DNA of 64,000 nt from Eledone cirrhosa. Taxonomy: Eukaryota. Of this stretch, positions 25,462 through 41,229 are shown one piece after another. Where the stretch lies: assembly GCA_964016885.1 (NCBI GenBank), contig CAXHJY010001105.1, positions 248,001 to 312,000 of the forward strand, written 5' to 3'. The notes beneath the pieces were generated by a model, which searched no databases, had not been told where the DNA came from, and was given only the letters and a program-made list of their open reading frames with translations. Made by a program: the position numbers and the translations under genes. Each line of letters opens with the position of its first letter. The first letter of the stretch is position 1.

Positions 25462-26272
25462 TCAGAGCAGGAGAGTTGGGGCGAAAAAGGTATCGGATGC
25501 TGAATTTGCCGACGACATAGTTTTGGTGACAAATACAGTGAAGGAGGCAGAGGATTTGATGCGGGAGGTTGAGACTGTGTCGATGAGTGTGGGGCTGAGA
25601 ATGAATGAGACTAAAACAAAATATCTGGTAGAGAATGTTGAGAAGCCAGAGGGGATCACTAATGTAGGCGGGAAGCCGCTAGAATTGGTTGAGGGCTTCT
25701 TGTATTTGGGAGCAAAGATTGGGAATACGGAAGATGATGTGGTTGAGAGGAAGAGCAAGGCCTGGGCGGCGTGCCACAGCTTGAGATCGGTGTGGAAGTC
25801 GGACCTTCATAGAGACCTGAAAATCCGCCTCTTCATTGCTGTAGTGGAGTCTGTGCTGCTGTACGGGTCTGAGACTTGGACACTGACCAAGAGACTCACT
25901 CAGATGGTGGATGGGTGCTACACGAGAATGCTGAGGATGGCTCTGAACATTAATCAGTATATACTGAGGATGAAAAACTCAGAGCTGTATGGGAGCCTCC
26001 CAAAAGTCAGCTCAAAAGTGACACAGAGGAGACTGAGGTTGGCTGGACATGCTCACCGACATCCAGAGTTGACATTGCACTCAGTGCTCCTTTGGGAGCC
26101 CCTACATGGACACACTGGAAGAGGAAGACCAAGGTTAACATATGTTGATGCCCTAAGGACAGACACTGGTCTGTTGGAGACGCAGGACATGGCAGCGATA
26201 ATGAGGGACAGAGACCGCTGGAGAGAACTCGTCCATGGATCTCGGGAATTTTACCCGCCTTAGATAGAGAGA
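25462..26272 (+). mobile_element. 5'-truncated RTE-type LINE of a second family (C-terminal half of RT, open frame)
   Basis: EFADDIVL...[10 protein letters not shown]...FLYLG...[11 protein letters not shown]...[12 protein letters not shown]...GRGRPRLTY; related fragment at 49075-49440 (minus). Confidence 0.9.
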
Positions 26273-29149
<2,877 letters not shown>

Positions 29150-29231
29150 TATATACATATATATATATATACATACATATATATATATATATATATACAT
29201 ATATATATACATATATATATATATACATACA

Positions 29232-29387
<156 letters not shown>

Positions 29388-29400
29388 CATATATATATAT

Positions 29401-29436
<36 letters not shown>

Positions 29437-29437
<1 letters not shown>

Positions 29438-31630
29438 TTACAACGTGAGGACCAGAAACAGGAGGTATTCAAGATTGCGAGGCAGTGTGTCAGAGATAGT
29501 TGTGATGTCATTGGAGAGAAGTGTATCCGGAATGATAAAGGTGAGCTTGCCCTCACAAGTGCTGAGAAGAAAGATGCATGGAAGAGTCATTATGATAGAT
29601 TACTAAATGAGGAGAATGCATGGGAAGAAGAGACCCTACCCCACGTAGACCCTATAGAGGGACCAGCAGTACAAGTCAGCGGCAGCGTAGTAAGTAAGGC
29701 GATATGAAGATAGGGAAGGCAACCGGTCCATCGGGTATAGCTGCCGAGATGCTGAAGGCATCTGGGTCTGTAGGTCACACTATAACCACACGTATCGTTA
29801 ACCAGGTAATACTAGAGGGGGCCATACCAAAAGATTGGTGCAGTAGCATCATTGTCAACTGCTACAAAGGTAAAGGCGATGCACTAGATAGAGGAAACTA
29901 TAGAGGTATAAAGTTGATGGACCAGGTCATGAAAGTAACAGAAAGAGTTATAGCACAGTTGATTAGGGACCGGGTGAATATAGACGAGATGCAATTTGGG
30001 TTTGTACCAGGGAAAGGCACCACTGATGCCCTCTTCCTTGTGAGGCAATTACAGGAAAAGTACCTAGCTAAAAGTAAGCCACTCTACTTGGCATTTGTCG
30101 ACCTTGAGAAAGCCTTTGACAGAGTTCCACGTGCAGTAATCTGGTGGGCTCTTAGAAAACTAGGAGTAGATGAATGGCTTGTGAAAGCGGTACAAGCCAT
30201 GTATAGGGGAGCAGTCAGCAAAGTTAGGATTGGCAATGAGTATAGCGAGGAATTTAGCGTACAGGTTGGGGTCCACCAGGGCTCTGTTCTTAGCCCTCTC
30301 CTGTTCATCATAGTCCTGCAGGCAATAACGGAGGAGTTTAAGACCGGATGCCCATGGGAACTCCTGTATGCTGATGACCTCGCACTCATAGCTGAATCTA
30401 TGGTAGAACTAGAGAATAAATTCCAAACCTGGAAGCAGGGACTAGAGAGAAAGGGCCTCAAAGTCAACATGACAAAGACTAAGGTCCTTATAAGTAGACG
30501 AGAAAACAGAACCCAGATCCCCTCAGGGAAATGGCCTTGCTCAGTATGTAGGAAAGGTGTAGGTAGGAACTCCATTCTCTGCCCCAAATGCAAACAATGG
30601 GTACACAAGAGATGTAGCGGGATTTCAGGAAGCTTAATTAAGAATGTAGGATTCACATGCAGCAGCTGTGCTGAAACAGCAAGCAAACAGCCACAGGAAA
30701 CAAGTACCACCAATCTCTGGGAGGGCCCTGTAGAAACAGTAGACAGCTTCTGCTACCTAGGTGACCGAATTAGCAACGGAGGTGGGTGCTCAGAAAGTAC
30801 AATAACTAGGGTAAGAACGGGATGGAAGAAGTTTAGGGAACTACTACCACTGCTAGCTGCAAAAGGCTTCTCCCTCAGAATGAAAGGCAGACTGTATGAT
30901 GCGTGTATCTGAACAGCGATGTTGCATGGTAGTGAGACCTGGGCGCTGAAGGTGGAAGACTTACGTAGATTAGAGAGAAACGAAGCCTGCATGCTCCGAT
31001 GGATGTGTAACAGTAATATACGTGAACGACAAAGCATAAATGAATTGAGAGAGAGACTGAGCATAAGAGGAATCAAATGCTGCGTGCAGGAGAGGCGGTT
31101 ACGCTGGTATGGACATGTGATGCGTATGAAGGATGACAGCTGCATAAAAAGGTGCAGAGCACTAGAAGTTGATGGAAACCGCGGAGTGGGGAGACCCAAG
31201 ATGACTTGGGATGAGGTGATAAAAGCCGACCTTACCCAACTACACCTCTCAAAGTCAATGACACACGACCGTGACTTCTGGCGTCACGCAGTAATACAGG
31301 GTACCCGACCTCCCATGGGTACATGCTGAAGCATATAAACAATACGCCCCCCCCCCCCCCCACCGCAAGGTGGTCGTGGAGGAGCCACGGCAAAAAAGCA
31401 CCCAGCCCACACTGTAAAGTGGACGTGTAGGCACCACGAAAAAGCACCCAGCACTCACTGTAAATGAGGTTGGTGTTAGGAAGGGCATCCAGCTGTAGAA
31501 ATCAAGCCAGATCAGTTCCTGTATGAGCAAGGCATGGTCAGACGACCAGACACTGCCCACAACAGGACAACCCGTCTAACCCATGCTAGCGTGGAAGAAC
31601 GGACGTAAAACGGTGATGATGATGATGATG
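29437..31630 (+). mobile_element. 5'-truncated RTE LINE (RT, 3' UTR, (TGA)n tail); frameshift at ~29700 and stop at 30910
   Basis: ORFs 29704-30912 and 30919-31329. Confidence 0.95.
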
Positions 31631-31797
31631 ATATATATACGTACATATATATATATACATATATATATATATGTACATATATATATACGTACATATATAT
31701 ATAGATACATATATATATACATACATATATATATATATATACATACATATACGTACATATATATATACATACATACATATATATACATACATATATA

Positions 31798-32130
31798 TCA
31801 TCATCATCATCATTTTATGTCCTCTTTTCCCTGCTTGCAAGGGTGGGACGGGAACTGATTCTGGCTTGATTTCTACAGCTGGATGCCCTTCCTAACACCA
31901 ACCTCATCAGTGAGTGCTGGGTGCTTTTTTGCCGTGGCACCTCCACGACCACTTTGCAGTGGAATGATAGGGACTCCAGCCCCTATCATCTCATTTCTAC
32001 AGCTGAGTAAACTGGAGCAATGTGAAATAAAGTGTCTTGCTCAAGGAAACAACACATCACCCGGTCTGAGAATTGAACTCACAACCTTTCGATTGCAAGG
32101 CCAATGCTCTAACCACTAAGCCATGTGTCT
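31798..32130 (-). mobile_element. Full-length CORE-like SINE
   Basis: Same family as 18179-18521. Confidence 0.9.
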
Positions 32131-32367
32131 CTCTATATATATATTTATATACATTCATACACAGTAAAAAGCACCCAGTCCACACTGTAAATGTGGTTGG
32201 TGTTAGGAAGGGCATCCAGACATAGAAAACCAACCAGAAACAGTCCTATATGAGCGACACATGGGCACCCGACCCAACTTGCCTCTAAATGGGACAAACC
32301 CGTCTAACCCATGCTAGCGTGGAAGCTGGACGTTAAACAATGATGATGATGATGATATATATATATA

Positions 32368-32700
32368 GGCACATGGCTTAGTGGTTTGAGCATCGGCCTT
32401 GCAATCGAAAGGTTGTGAGTTCAATTCTCAGACTGGGTGATGTGTTGTTTCCTTGAGCAAGACACTTTATTTCACATTGCTCCAGTTTACTCAGCTGTAG
32501 AAATGAGATGATAGGGACTGGGGTCCCTATCATTCCACTGCAAAGTGGTCGTGGAGGTGCCACGGCAAAAAAGCACCCAGCATTCACTGTAAATGAGGTT
32601 GGTGTTAGGAAGGGCATCCAGTTGTAGAAATCAAGCCAGAATCAGTTTCCATCCCACCCTTGCAAGCAGGGAAAAACCGGACGTAAAATGAAATGAAATG
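32368..32700 (+). mobile_element. Full-length CORE-like SINE
   Basis: Same family as 18179-18521. Confidence 0.9.
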
Positions 32701-32704
32701 AAAA

Positions 32705-33380
32705 TATATATATAAATGAAAATAGAGAAATTAATGTAAGCAAAATGCCAACAATAAATTCAGACATATAAGTGACTATACCATCAAGATGAACAAATTT
32801 TTAAAGTAAGATGAGGGAAAAGTAATACAATCTTAATTTAAAACAAATCAAGAAGAAAAACTTTATCCTCAGACTTTGTGTAAGTTGGGGAAAAAGCAGT
32901 ACAATCTTAATTCAAAATAAAATCAAGAAGAAATACTTAACCGTCAGTTTGGGGAAAACTACAAATGCACTATATAGTCTTAAAAGACTATTTCACAAAA
33001 CTTTTCAGTGGGGTTAGTCACGGTTGAAGTTGATCTTCAGTAGTGTTCAACACATTAACCAAATCATCACTGCTAAAATGCCGGAGGGGAATTAAAAGCA
33101 GGCAAGCGACAGCGTGTAGAAATGAAATAACAAAACCCACGTGGACACAAGCGGGATGAGACGAAAAAGCTGTTTACAAGAAACAACAGTCAAAACATTC
33201 CGAAAAAAACTCATCAAAAATATGGAGTTCAGCATAAGCAATATTATCGCAGTTTTTTTTGTTTTTTTTTAAACTGGGATTAGTCACAAATATCAAGTAG
33301 CACTCTAGGAAAACTCAGAGTATATATATATAAAGGAAAATAGAGAAATTAATGTAAGCAAAATGCCAACAATAAATTCA
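32705..33380 (-). mobile_element. ~620-bp non-coding unit with ~55-bp terminal direct repeats and a hammerhead motif (32968-33045)
   Basis: gaaaatagagaaattaatgtaagcaaaatgccaacaataaattca at both ends; minus strand cacta-CTGAAGA...GAAA-tagtctt-tt-aagacta-TA-tagtg. Confidence 0.65.
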
Positions 33381-33419
33381 TATATATATATATATCAGTA
33401 TTGGTGCTCTGAAATAGCG

Positions 33420-33618
33420 ATGTATACATAAATGTATGTATAATATATTTGGCAATATACTGTATGTTTAATTAAAAACATTTTGAAGACCATACGCTAT
33501 CAGTTTTAAAGTAGTGACATAGTCACTTACTTTAAAACTGATAGCGTATGGTCTACAAAATGTTTTTAATTAAACATACAGTATATTGCCAAATATACTG
33601 TACATACATTTATATATG
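33420..33618. repeat. Near-perfect palindrome, ~90-bp arms
   Basis: tttggcaatatactgtatgtttaattaaaaacattttg...gtgac-ata-gtcac...caaaatgtttttaattaaacatacagtatattgccaaa. Confidence 0.9.
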
Positions 33619-33800
33619 CAATGATATTAAATAAATGGAAACTATATTTATAAAACTATATTTATTCTATTATATATATTTCAAGGGTACCAAAAATGTT
33701 GGTACGCTATCATCAGATAAAATACGAAGTGTGTTTTATAAATTTTGACATAACCAAGGAGAATATGTCTTAACGGTTCACGTTTTCCTTGGATAGTCAT
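33619..33800 (-). ncRNA. Family-B hammerhead-containing unit (motif 33663-33724)
   Basis: Minus strand tattttat-CTGATGA-tagcgtaccaa...ttggtaccctt-GAAA-tatatat-a-atagaata. Confidence 0.72.
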
Positions 33801-33816
33801 ATATATATATCTAATA

Positions 33817-34165
33817 GAGACACATGGCTTAGTGGTTAGAACATTGGTCTTGCAATCGAAAGGTTGTGAGTTCAATTCTCAGACCGGGTGATGTGTTGTT
33901 TCCTTGAGCAAGACACTTTATTTCACGTTGCTCCAGTTTACTCAGCTGTAGAAATGAGATGATAGGACTGGGGTCCATATCATTCCACTGTAAAGTGGTC
34001 GTGGAGGTGCCACGGCAAAAAAGCACCCAGCCCTCACTGTAAATGAGGTTGGTGTTAGGAAGGGCATCCAGCTGTAGAAATCAAGCCAGAATCAGTTCCC
34101 GTCCCACCCTTGCAAGCAGGGAAAAGTGGACGTAAAATGATGATGATGAGGATGATGATGATGAT
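33817..34165 (+). mobile_element. Full-length CORE-like SINE
   Basis: Same family as 18179-18521. Confidence 0.9.
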
Positions 34166-34170
34166 CTATA

Positions 34171-34293
34171 TAAGTAGTTCCACAACAGTTAGTTCACCAT
34201 ACCGAGAACATTTCACCTTAAGCGGATCTTCAGCTCAGTCTAAAGAGAAACATTTGTTCTCGGTATAGTGAACTAACTGTTGTGGAACCACTT
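34171..34293. repeat. Inverted repeat (~39-bp arms) enclosing a minus-strand hammerhead-like motif
   Basis: Arms gttccacaacagttagttcaccataccgagaaca / tgttctcggtatagtgaactaactgttgtggaac; minus strand ctgag-CTGAAGA-tcc..ggt-GAAA-tgtt-ctcgg. Confidence 0.65.
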
Positions 34294-34547
34294 CTACCAA
34301 ACTGGTCCCATGGACTGAGTGCTCTACCACTATGGATATAACCCTCCATCATCATCATCATCATCACGCGTCGACTACTGTCGAGATGATGGATCTCACT
34401 CTCATGCCTCAGAATTCCCTGTCCCCCATCGCTGCCCCCAAGTCCTGTCTACTGATTCCTGCATCCCTAGAGATAACATCAGGGAATGACAGCTTCCTAC
34501 TCCTAGTCAGGCTGGAGTCAGGGTTCCAGAGCAAGAGAGCGGATATG

Positions 34548-34577
<30 letters not shown>

Positions 34578-34578
<1 letters not shown>

Positions 34579-35820
34579 CATCATCATCATCATCATCGTT
34601 TAACGTCTATCTTCCACGCTAGCATGGGTTAGACGGGAATTGTCCCACTTGAGGCAAGAGTGGTTGTCTTGCTCACACAGGACTGTCTGGCAGGTTTTCT
34701 ACGGCTGGATGCCCTTCCTAACACCAACCACATTTACAGTGTGGACTGGGAGGTTTTTACTGTGTTGCCTACACGGCCACATTACAGTGTTGACTGTCTG
34801 GCGGGTTTTCTACAGCTGGATGCCCTTCCTAACACCAACCACGTTTACAGTGTGGGGCTGGGAGGTTTTTACTGTGTTGCCTACACGGCCACATTACAGC
34901 GTTGACTGTCTGGCGGGTTTTCTACAGCTGGATGCCCTTCCTAACACCAACCACGTTTACAGTGTGGGGCTGGGAGGTTTTTACTGTGTTGCCTACACGG
35001 CCACATTACAGCGTTGACTGTCTGGCGGGTTTTCTACAGCTGGATGCCCTTCCTAACACCAACCACGTTTACAGTGTGGACTGGGAGGTTTTTACCGTGT
35101 TACCTACATGGCCACATTACAGTGTGTTTTTTTGTTGTGACACCTACACAACCTCATTTATTTAGGACTGGATGTTGTGGTACCAGTATAACTTTACATC
35201 GAAAGGGGGTGGTGTGGATGGGGTCGGGATATTGGGACGGGGGTGTATTTTGGTTAAGAGGTGCCTACTGACTGTAGGTTTCGCTTTGTACTTAGGCAAG
35301 GCGGGTCTTCTCTATTATTGTGTAGCGCCAAAGCTCTCGGTCCAGTGACATTGTCTTGGAGAGGTGTAAGTGTGTGAGGTCGAAATTTATCAATTCGTCC
35401 CAGGTTTTTCTGGGTCTGCCTACTCCGTGGCTACCATCAATTTTGATCACCCTGCACTTTTTTTATACAGCTGTCGTCTTTCATGCGCATCACGTGACCA
35501 TACCAACGTAGTCTTCTCTCAAGTAAACAACATCTGATCCCTTTTATTCCTAATTTCTCACTTAGTTCCTTTATGCTTTGCTGTTCATGTATATTACAAC
35601 AGAGCATGCATGCTTCATTCCTCTCCAGTCTGCGTAGATCCTCTGCACACAAGGCCCATGTCTCACTGCCATGTAACATTGCTGTTCGTATGCAGGCATC
35701 ATACAGCCTGCCTTTTATTTTTAGAGAGAACCCTTTAGCGGCCAATAGTGGTATAAGCTCTCTGAACTTTTTAAATCCCATTCTGACTCTGGCTACTGTA
35801 CTTTCTGAGCACCCTCCACC
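34578..35820 (-). mobile_element. 5'-truncated RTE LINE 3' end with a 112-bp tandem repeat (~4 copies, 34680-35120) in the 3' UTR
   Basis: ORF 35437-35781 MLHGSETW...RRLRWYGHV; homologous to 3279-4210. Confidence 0.9.
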
Positions 35821-36014
35821 AAGTGTGGTGTAATGTGGTGTGGTGTGGTGTAGTGTAGTGTGGTGTAATGTAATGTAGTGTAGTGTAGTGTAGTGTAGTG
35901 TGGTATGGTGTATTGTGGTGTATTATTCAACAAATACAATTTTACAATAGATTAGAAGCACTCGACAGAAGATTTTCCTGGAGTATTTAATATTATTAAA
36001 AATATTAATAAATG

Positions 36015-36262
36015 AAAAATATTCTCATAATCAAAATATATATTTTATTATACATATTTCAAAGGTACATTGGTGTTTAAGTACCACTATGGTTTTGATT
36101 ATTCAATGCCAGTATTGGCATTGAATAATCAAAACCGTAGCAGTATGTCACATATCAAATCTTATATTTTGTCTGATGAAAACGTACTTAAACACCATTG
36201 TACCTTTGAAATATGTATAAAAAAATATTGTATAATAAAATATATATTTTGATTATGAGAAT

Positions 36263-36270
<8 letters not shown>
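36015..36270. mobile_element. Nested palindromic family-B unit with a hammerhead motif (36165-36228 plus)
   Basis: Outer arms aaaaatattctcataatcaaaatatatattttattataca; inner hairpin ggttttgattattcaatgcc/ggcattgaataatcaaaacc; CTGATGA-aaacgtac...gtaccttt-GAAA. Confidence 0.7.
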
Positions 36271-36311
<41 letters not shown>

Positions 36312-36345
36312 ACACAAACATCTCTCTCTATATATATATATATAT

Positions 36346-36672
36346 ATACAATGATATTAAATAAATGGAAACTATATTTATTCTATTATATATATTTCAA
36401 GGGTACCAAAACTTTGGTACGCTTTCATCAGATAAAATACAAAGTTTGTTTTAAAAATTTTGACATAGCCAAGAAAAGATACCTCAACGGTTCAAGTTTT
36501 CCTTGGATAGTGAACCGTTGAGGTATTTATCTTGGTTATGTCACTCTTTATAAAACAAACTTTGTATTTTATCTGATGAGAGCGTACCAAAGTTTTGGTA
36601 CCTTTGAAATATATATAATAGAATAAATATGGTTTTATAAATATAGTTTACATTTATTTAATATCATTGTAT
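36346..36672. mobile_element. Palindromic family-B unit with two hammerhead motifs (36379-36439 minus, 36565-36625 plus)
   Basis: ~145-bp arms about a short spacer near 36500; tattttat-CTGATGA-gagcgtaccaaa-g-ttttggtaccttt-GAAA-tatatat-a-atagaata. Confidence 0.8.
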
Positions 36673-36762
36673 ATTATACTCCAGAAAAAGCTGTTGAGTG
36701 CTCTGAATCAGTTATAAACATTTATATTTGTTGAATTACCAACAAATTGAATATCTCTTCTG

Positions 36763-36817
<55 letters not shown>

Positions 36818-36819
<2 letters not shown>

Positions 36820-37660
36820 TTCTTTATCTGCCACAGGGGCGTACAAGGGACATTACAAGACGTGACGGCGGGGGTTTTACATAAAAATAACTTTAACATT
36901 AATAATAACAATAAACTATATATAATAAAGTAAAACAATTGAAATCGCTAATAGGGGGGAACGTTACAGCAGGGTTGTTTTACACCCCGTGGATAGAACA
37001 ACCCTCAACACCAGGAACACGTTTTGTAGGTGTTCCCGTCTTCCCTCTGTTTATCTTCCTCAACCTACAGGTTTATATACAGAGAAGGCCCAATCATTCG
37101 GGCCATTTACCCACCTTTCAGTGAATATACTGGGGTGAAGCACCTCTCTCTCCACTCTCACCTTCCTTCTGAAGTGGTACTTAAAGAAGGGGATGAGTTG
37201 TTGTCCGGAGAGAAAGGTGTTTGCCATCACTCCTTTTAACCTCGTCCACCATATTACCTCTTTTGCCATAGCCACCAGACAGAGCAAAACTGCCTCTCCT
37301 TCATTCTTAAATGAAGGCGGTGGGGTGATCCTCACGATGGACTCGGCTGACAACTGGGTGCGTCCCACACCTGACAGTAGCTGTTCGACATAATTCCACA
37401 GGTCAGTCACCCCTGGGCACTAAACAATTGCGTGTAGAACAGTTTCAATGTCCTGCTCGCATCTTGGACAGGTCCGTGCCTGTAGATCTTGTCTCCAACT
37501 GGTAGAGCTCCTCGGTAGCACTGCCAGGCCAGAGACCTCCCTCTGGAAGTTATCCATAGGCCCTGGACGGAAAGTCCTGCTGAACAGACTGGTCAGTTCG
37601 TCCTCCTCGATGCTGAGAATGTTGTCACACTTATCCTCCACTAATCCCCTATAGAATGTC
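36818..37660 (-). mobile_element. 5'-truncated Tx1/L1-clade 3' fragment related to 53413-59036
   Basis: LFSRTFRPGPMDNFQ...CPRC...ETVLHAIV...FKNEGEAV..AMAKEVIWWTRLKG; 3' end gtggcagataaagaaag running into (AT)n. Confidence 0.9.
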
Positions 37661-37744
37661 CCACAAATCCCCTATAGAATGTATATAATGCTTATATATA
37701 TATATAGATAGATAAATTTCTTTATTAGTCACAAGGGCAAATAA

Positions 37745-37857
37745 TTGTTTCTACTTTTGGTACAAGGCCAGCAATTACCCAGTGCATTACTGGTACTTTA
37801 TTTTATCGACCCCGTAAGGATGAAAGGCAAAGTTAACCTCGGCGGGATTTGAACTCT
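37745..37857 (-). mobile_element. Fragment of a second tRNA-derived SINE family
   Basis: Minus strand B box gagttcaaatccc followed by gcctttcatccttacggggtcgataaaataaagtaccagt. Confidence 0.65.
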
Positions 37858-37885
37858 GATATATATATAGATAGATAGATAAACA

Positions 37886-37920
<35 letters not shown>

Positions 37921-38164
37921 TTATCTCACATAATGACATGGTGACACTTTAAACAGTCAGAAAGCTGGGAAGGGGGTGATGGTGTAGTACAGGAAAATGT
38001 CATGGTCACATGCTTATTCAAACTTTCCCCACCACACCTCATACACACACACACACACATACACATACACACACACATACACACACACACATACACACAC
38101 ACACCCGCACTTATTTTCTCAGAAATAAACCACTCACAGCTCATATGTGTAATGTGATGATATT

Positions 38165-38462
38165 TATTTAAAAACCTACTCCCCTCATAATTTTATGTAA
38201 GAATCTTTAAGTTATGTTCCAAACACCAACAGTGTCTTTCATTAGAAATATGGAAATGAAAGGGTTAAAGTGTTTATATTTATCTAAAAACCTTCCATCA
38301 TAATTTTATGTAAGAACCTTTGTTAAGTTATGTTCCAAACACCAACAGTGTCTCTCATTAGAAATATGGTAATGAAAGGGTTAAAGTGTTTATATTTATC
38401 TAAAAACCTTCCATCATAATTTTATGTAAGAACTCTTGTTAAGTTATGTTCCAAACACCAGC
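38165..38462. repeat. ~122-bp tandem repeat (2.5 copies) containing an aaagggttaa MITE-like end
   Basis: catcataattttatgtaagaa...gttatgttccaaacacca occurs three times. Confidence 0.8.
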
Positions 38463-38699
38463 TTCATACACCCCACTCCACACACTGATCTTTTAATTAT
38501 TTGTAATCATATGAGATTTGTAGATGAAGAAAAGAGGACAAAAAGAGAGAGAGAGAGAGAGAGAGTGACAGTGTGGGTATACAGAGAGACCCAGACGTAT
38601 ATTCTATTTTTGTAATGTAATATAACTAGGTCACTGCAAATATTCTGTAGTCTCCTCTATAACATACGTATATAATATATATACTATAAAATGTACACA

Positions 38700-40990
38700 A
38701 TGCAGATCTTGGGTCCACAGGAGATATAGCGGGGTAGCAGGCAAACTAACAGGTAGGGAAAACTACATAAGCAGTAGATGTACAAGGAAATTTGACAGTA
38801 GAAGTCGCAGTGATAGACACATTTTTCAAATGCAGGAGGGTTCTATAGAGGTGGTTGATTGCTTCCGGTACCTAGGTGGTCAGATTAGCATGGTATGGGG
38901 GGGAGGGGGGGGGGGGGTATGTTCTCAGGCCATAGTATCTAGAATAAGGACGGGTTGGAAGAAGTTTAGGGAGCTGCTTCCTCTGTTGACAAAGAAGGGT
39001 TTCTCCCTGCGTACGAAAGGCTGGTTATATGATGCCTGTGTGAGATGTGTGGTGCTGCATGGTAGTGAGACATGGGCAGCAACTGCAGAGGATATGTGAC
39101 GGCTGGAGAGAAATGAGGCAAGCATGCTCTGATGGATGTGCCATGTCAATGTGTGTGAACGACCCAGCATAGATGAGTTGCAAAAGAACTGTGTATAAGA
39201 GGGATAAGTTGTGGTGTGTGGGAGAGAAGACTGAGATGGTATGGACATGTGATGTGTTGAGAGAGAAACTGGGTATAAGAGGGATAAGTTGTGGTGTGTG
39301 GGAGAGAAGACTGAGATGGTATGGACATGTGATGTGTTGAGAGAGAAACTGGGTATAAGAGGGATAAGTTGTAGTGTGCTGGAGAGAAGACTGAGATGGT
39401 ATGGACATGTGATGTGTTGAGAGAGTAACTGTGTATAAGAGGGATAAGTTGTAGTGTGTGGGAGAGAAGACTGAGGTGGTATGGACATGTGATGTGTTGA
39501 GAGAGAAACTGTGTATAAGAGGGATAAGTTGTGGTGTGTGGGAGAGAAGACTGAGGTGGTATGGACATGTGATGTGTTGAGAGAGAAACTGTGTATAAGA
39601 AGGATAAGTTGTGGTGTGTGGGAGAGAAGACTGAGATGGTATGGACATGTGATGTGTTGAGAGAGAAACTGGGTATAAGAGGGATAAGTTGTAGTGTGCT
39701 GGAGAGAAGACTGAGATGGTATGGACATGTGATGTGTTGAGAGAGTAACTGTGTATAAGAGGGATAAGTTGTAGTGTGTGGGAGAGAAGACTGAGGTGGT
39801 ATGGACATGTGATGTGTTGAGAGAGAAACTGTGTATAAGAGGGATAAGTTGTGGTGTGTGGGAGAGAAGACTGAGGTGGTATGGACATGTGATGTGTTGA
39901 GAGAGAAACTGTGTATAAGAAGGATAAGTTGTGGTGTGTGTGGGAGAGAAGACTGAGATGGTATGGACATGTGATGTGTTGAGAGAGAAACTGTGTATAA
40001 GAGGGATAAGTTGTGGTGTGTGGGAGAGAAGACTGAGATGGTATGGACATGTGATGTGTTGAGAGAGAAACTGGGTATAAGAGGGATAAACTGTAGTGTG
40101 TGGGAGAGAAGACTGATGTGTTGAGAGAGAAACTGGGTATAAGAGGGATAAACTGTAGTGTGTGGGAGAGAAGACTGAGATGGTATGGACATGTGATGTG
40201 TTGAGAGAGAAACTGTGTATAAGAAGGATAAGTTGTGGTGTGTGGGAGAGAAGACTGAGATGGTATGGACATGTGATGAGTTGAGAGAGAAACTGTATAA
40301 GAGGGATAAACTGTGGTGTGTGGGAGAGAAGACTGAGATGGTATGGACATGTGGTGAGTTGAGAGAGAAACTGTGTATAAGAGGGATAAGTTGTGGTGTG
40401 TGGGAGAGAAGACTGAGATGGTATGGACATGTGATGAGTTGAGAGAGAAACTGGGTATAAGAGGGATAAGTTGTAGTGTGTGGGAGAGAAGACTGGGGTG
40501 GTATGGACATGTGATGTGTTGAGAGAGAAACTGTGTATAAGAGGGATAAGTTGTGGTGTGTGGGTGAGAAGACTGAGATGGTATGGACAAGTGATGTGTT
40601 GAGAGAGAAACTGGGTATAAGAGGGATAAGTTGTGGTGTGTGGGAGAGAAGACTGAGATGGTATGGACATGTGGTGTGTTGAGAGAGAAACTGCATATAA
40701 GAGGGATAAACTGTAGTGTGTGGGAGAGAAGACTGAGGTGGTACGGACATGTGATGTACATGGAGGATGACCGCTGGGTAAAGAAGTGCCAAGAAATGCC
40801 AGTTGAAGGAAGACGTGGTAGAGGTAGACCACGAAAAACATTGGCGGAGGTGGTGAGAGCTGACCTCAGATCACTGAAGCTCACGGAGGAGATGACGAAG
40901 GACTGTGACAAGTGGAGAGATGCTGTGCTGAATAGGACCTGTCCCACCCTTGCATGCAGGGAAAAGTGGACATAAAATGATGATGATGTT
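38700..40990 (+). mobile_element. Diverged RTE LINE 3' part whose coding region carries an 80-bp minisatellite (~19 units, 39175-40755)
   Basis: FRYLG...[11 protein letters not shown]...LHGSETW before the array; [21 protein letters not shown]...GRGRPRKT after it; (tga)n tail. Confidence 0.92.
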
Positions 40991-41013
40991 GATATATAGA
41001 GAGATGAACTTAC

Positions 41014-41228
41014 CCTGTTGAATTGATACTATTAACAAATGATCCCTTTGCCAACCACTGGCTGTCCTCATCAGGCTCACCATTATGTATTCTGTAGTGG
41101 CCTTGATGGTGTGTCACATGCACAGCCTTAGGGGTCAAGCTGTGACCCTTAACTACAGTCCAGCTGGCTGTAACTGTGGCCAACAATACCAACAGATGTG
41201 ATAAATGGGATTGATTTTGTCCTACCAT
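41014..41228 (-). CDS. PLBD2: Phospholipase B-like (PLBD2-type) gene, first coding exon with signal peptide
   Basis: MVGQNQSHLSHLLVLLATVTASW...WLAKGSFVNSINSTG; donor acagg|gtaag is phase 2 and joins exon 2 to give INSTGWSYL. Confidence 0.82.
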
Positions 41229-41229
41229 T

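Noticed and set aside
38925-40947. 548-640-aa ORFs in all three minus frames (also 15101-16456)
   Set aside because: Antisense of an 80-bp LINE-derived array; the unit is not a multiple of three.
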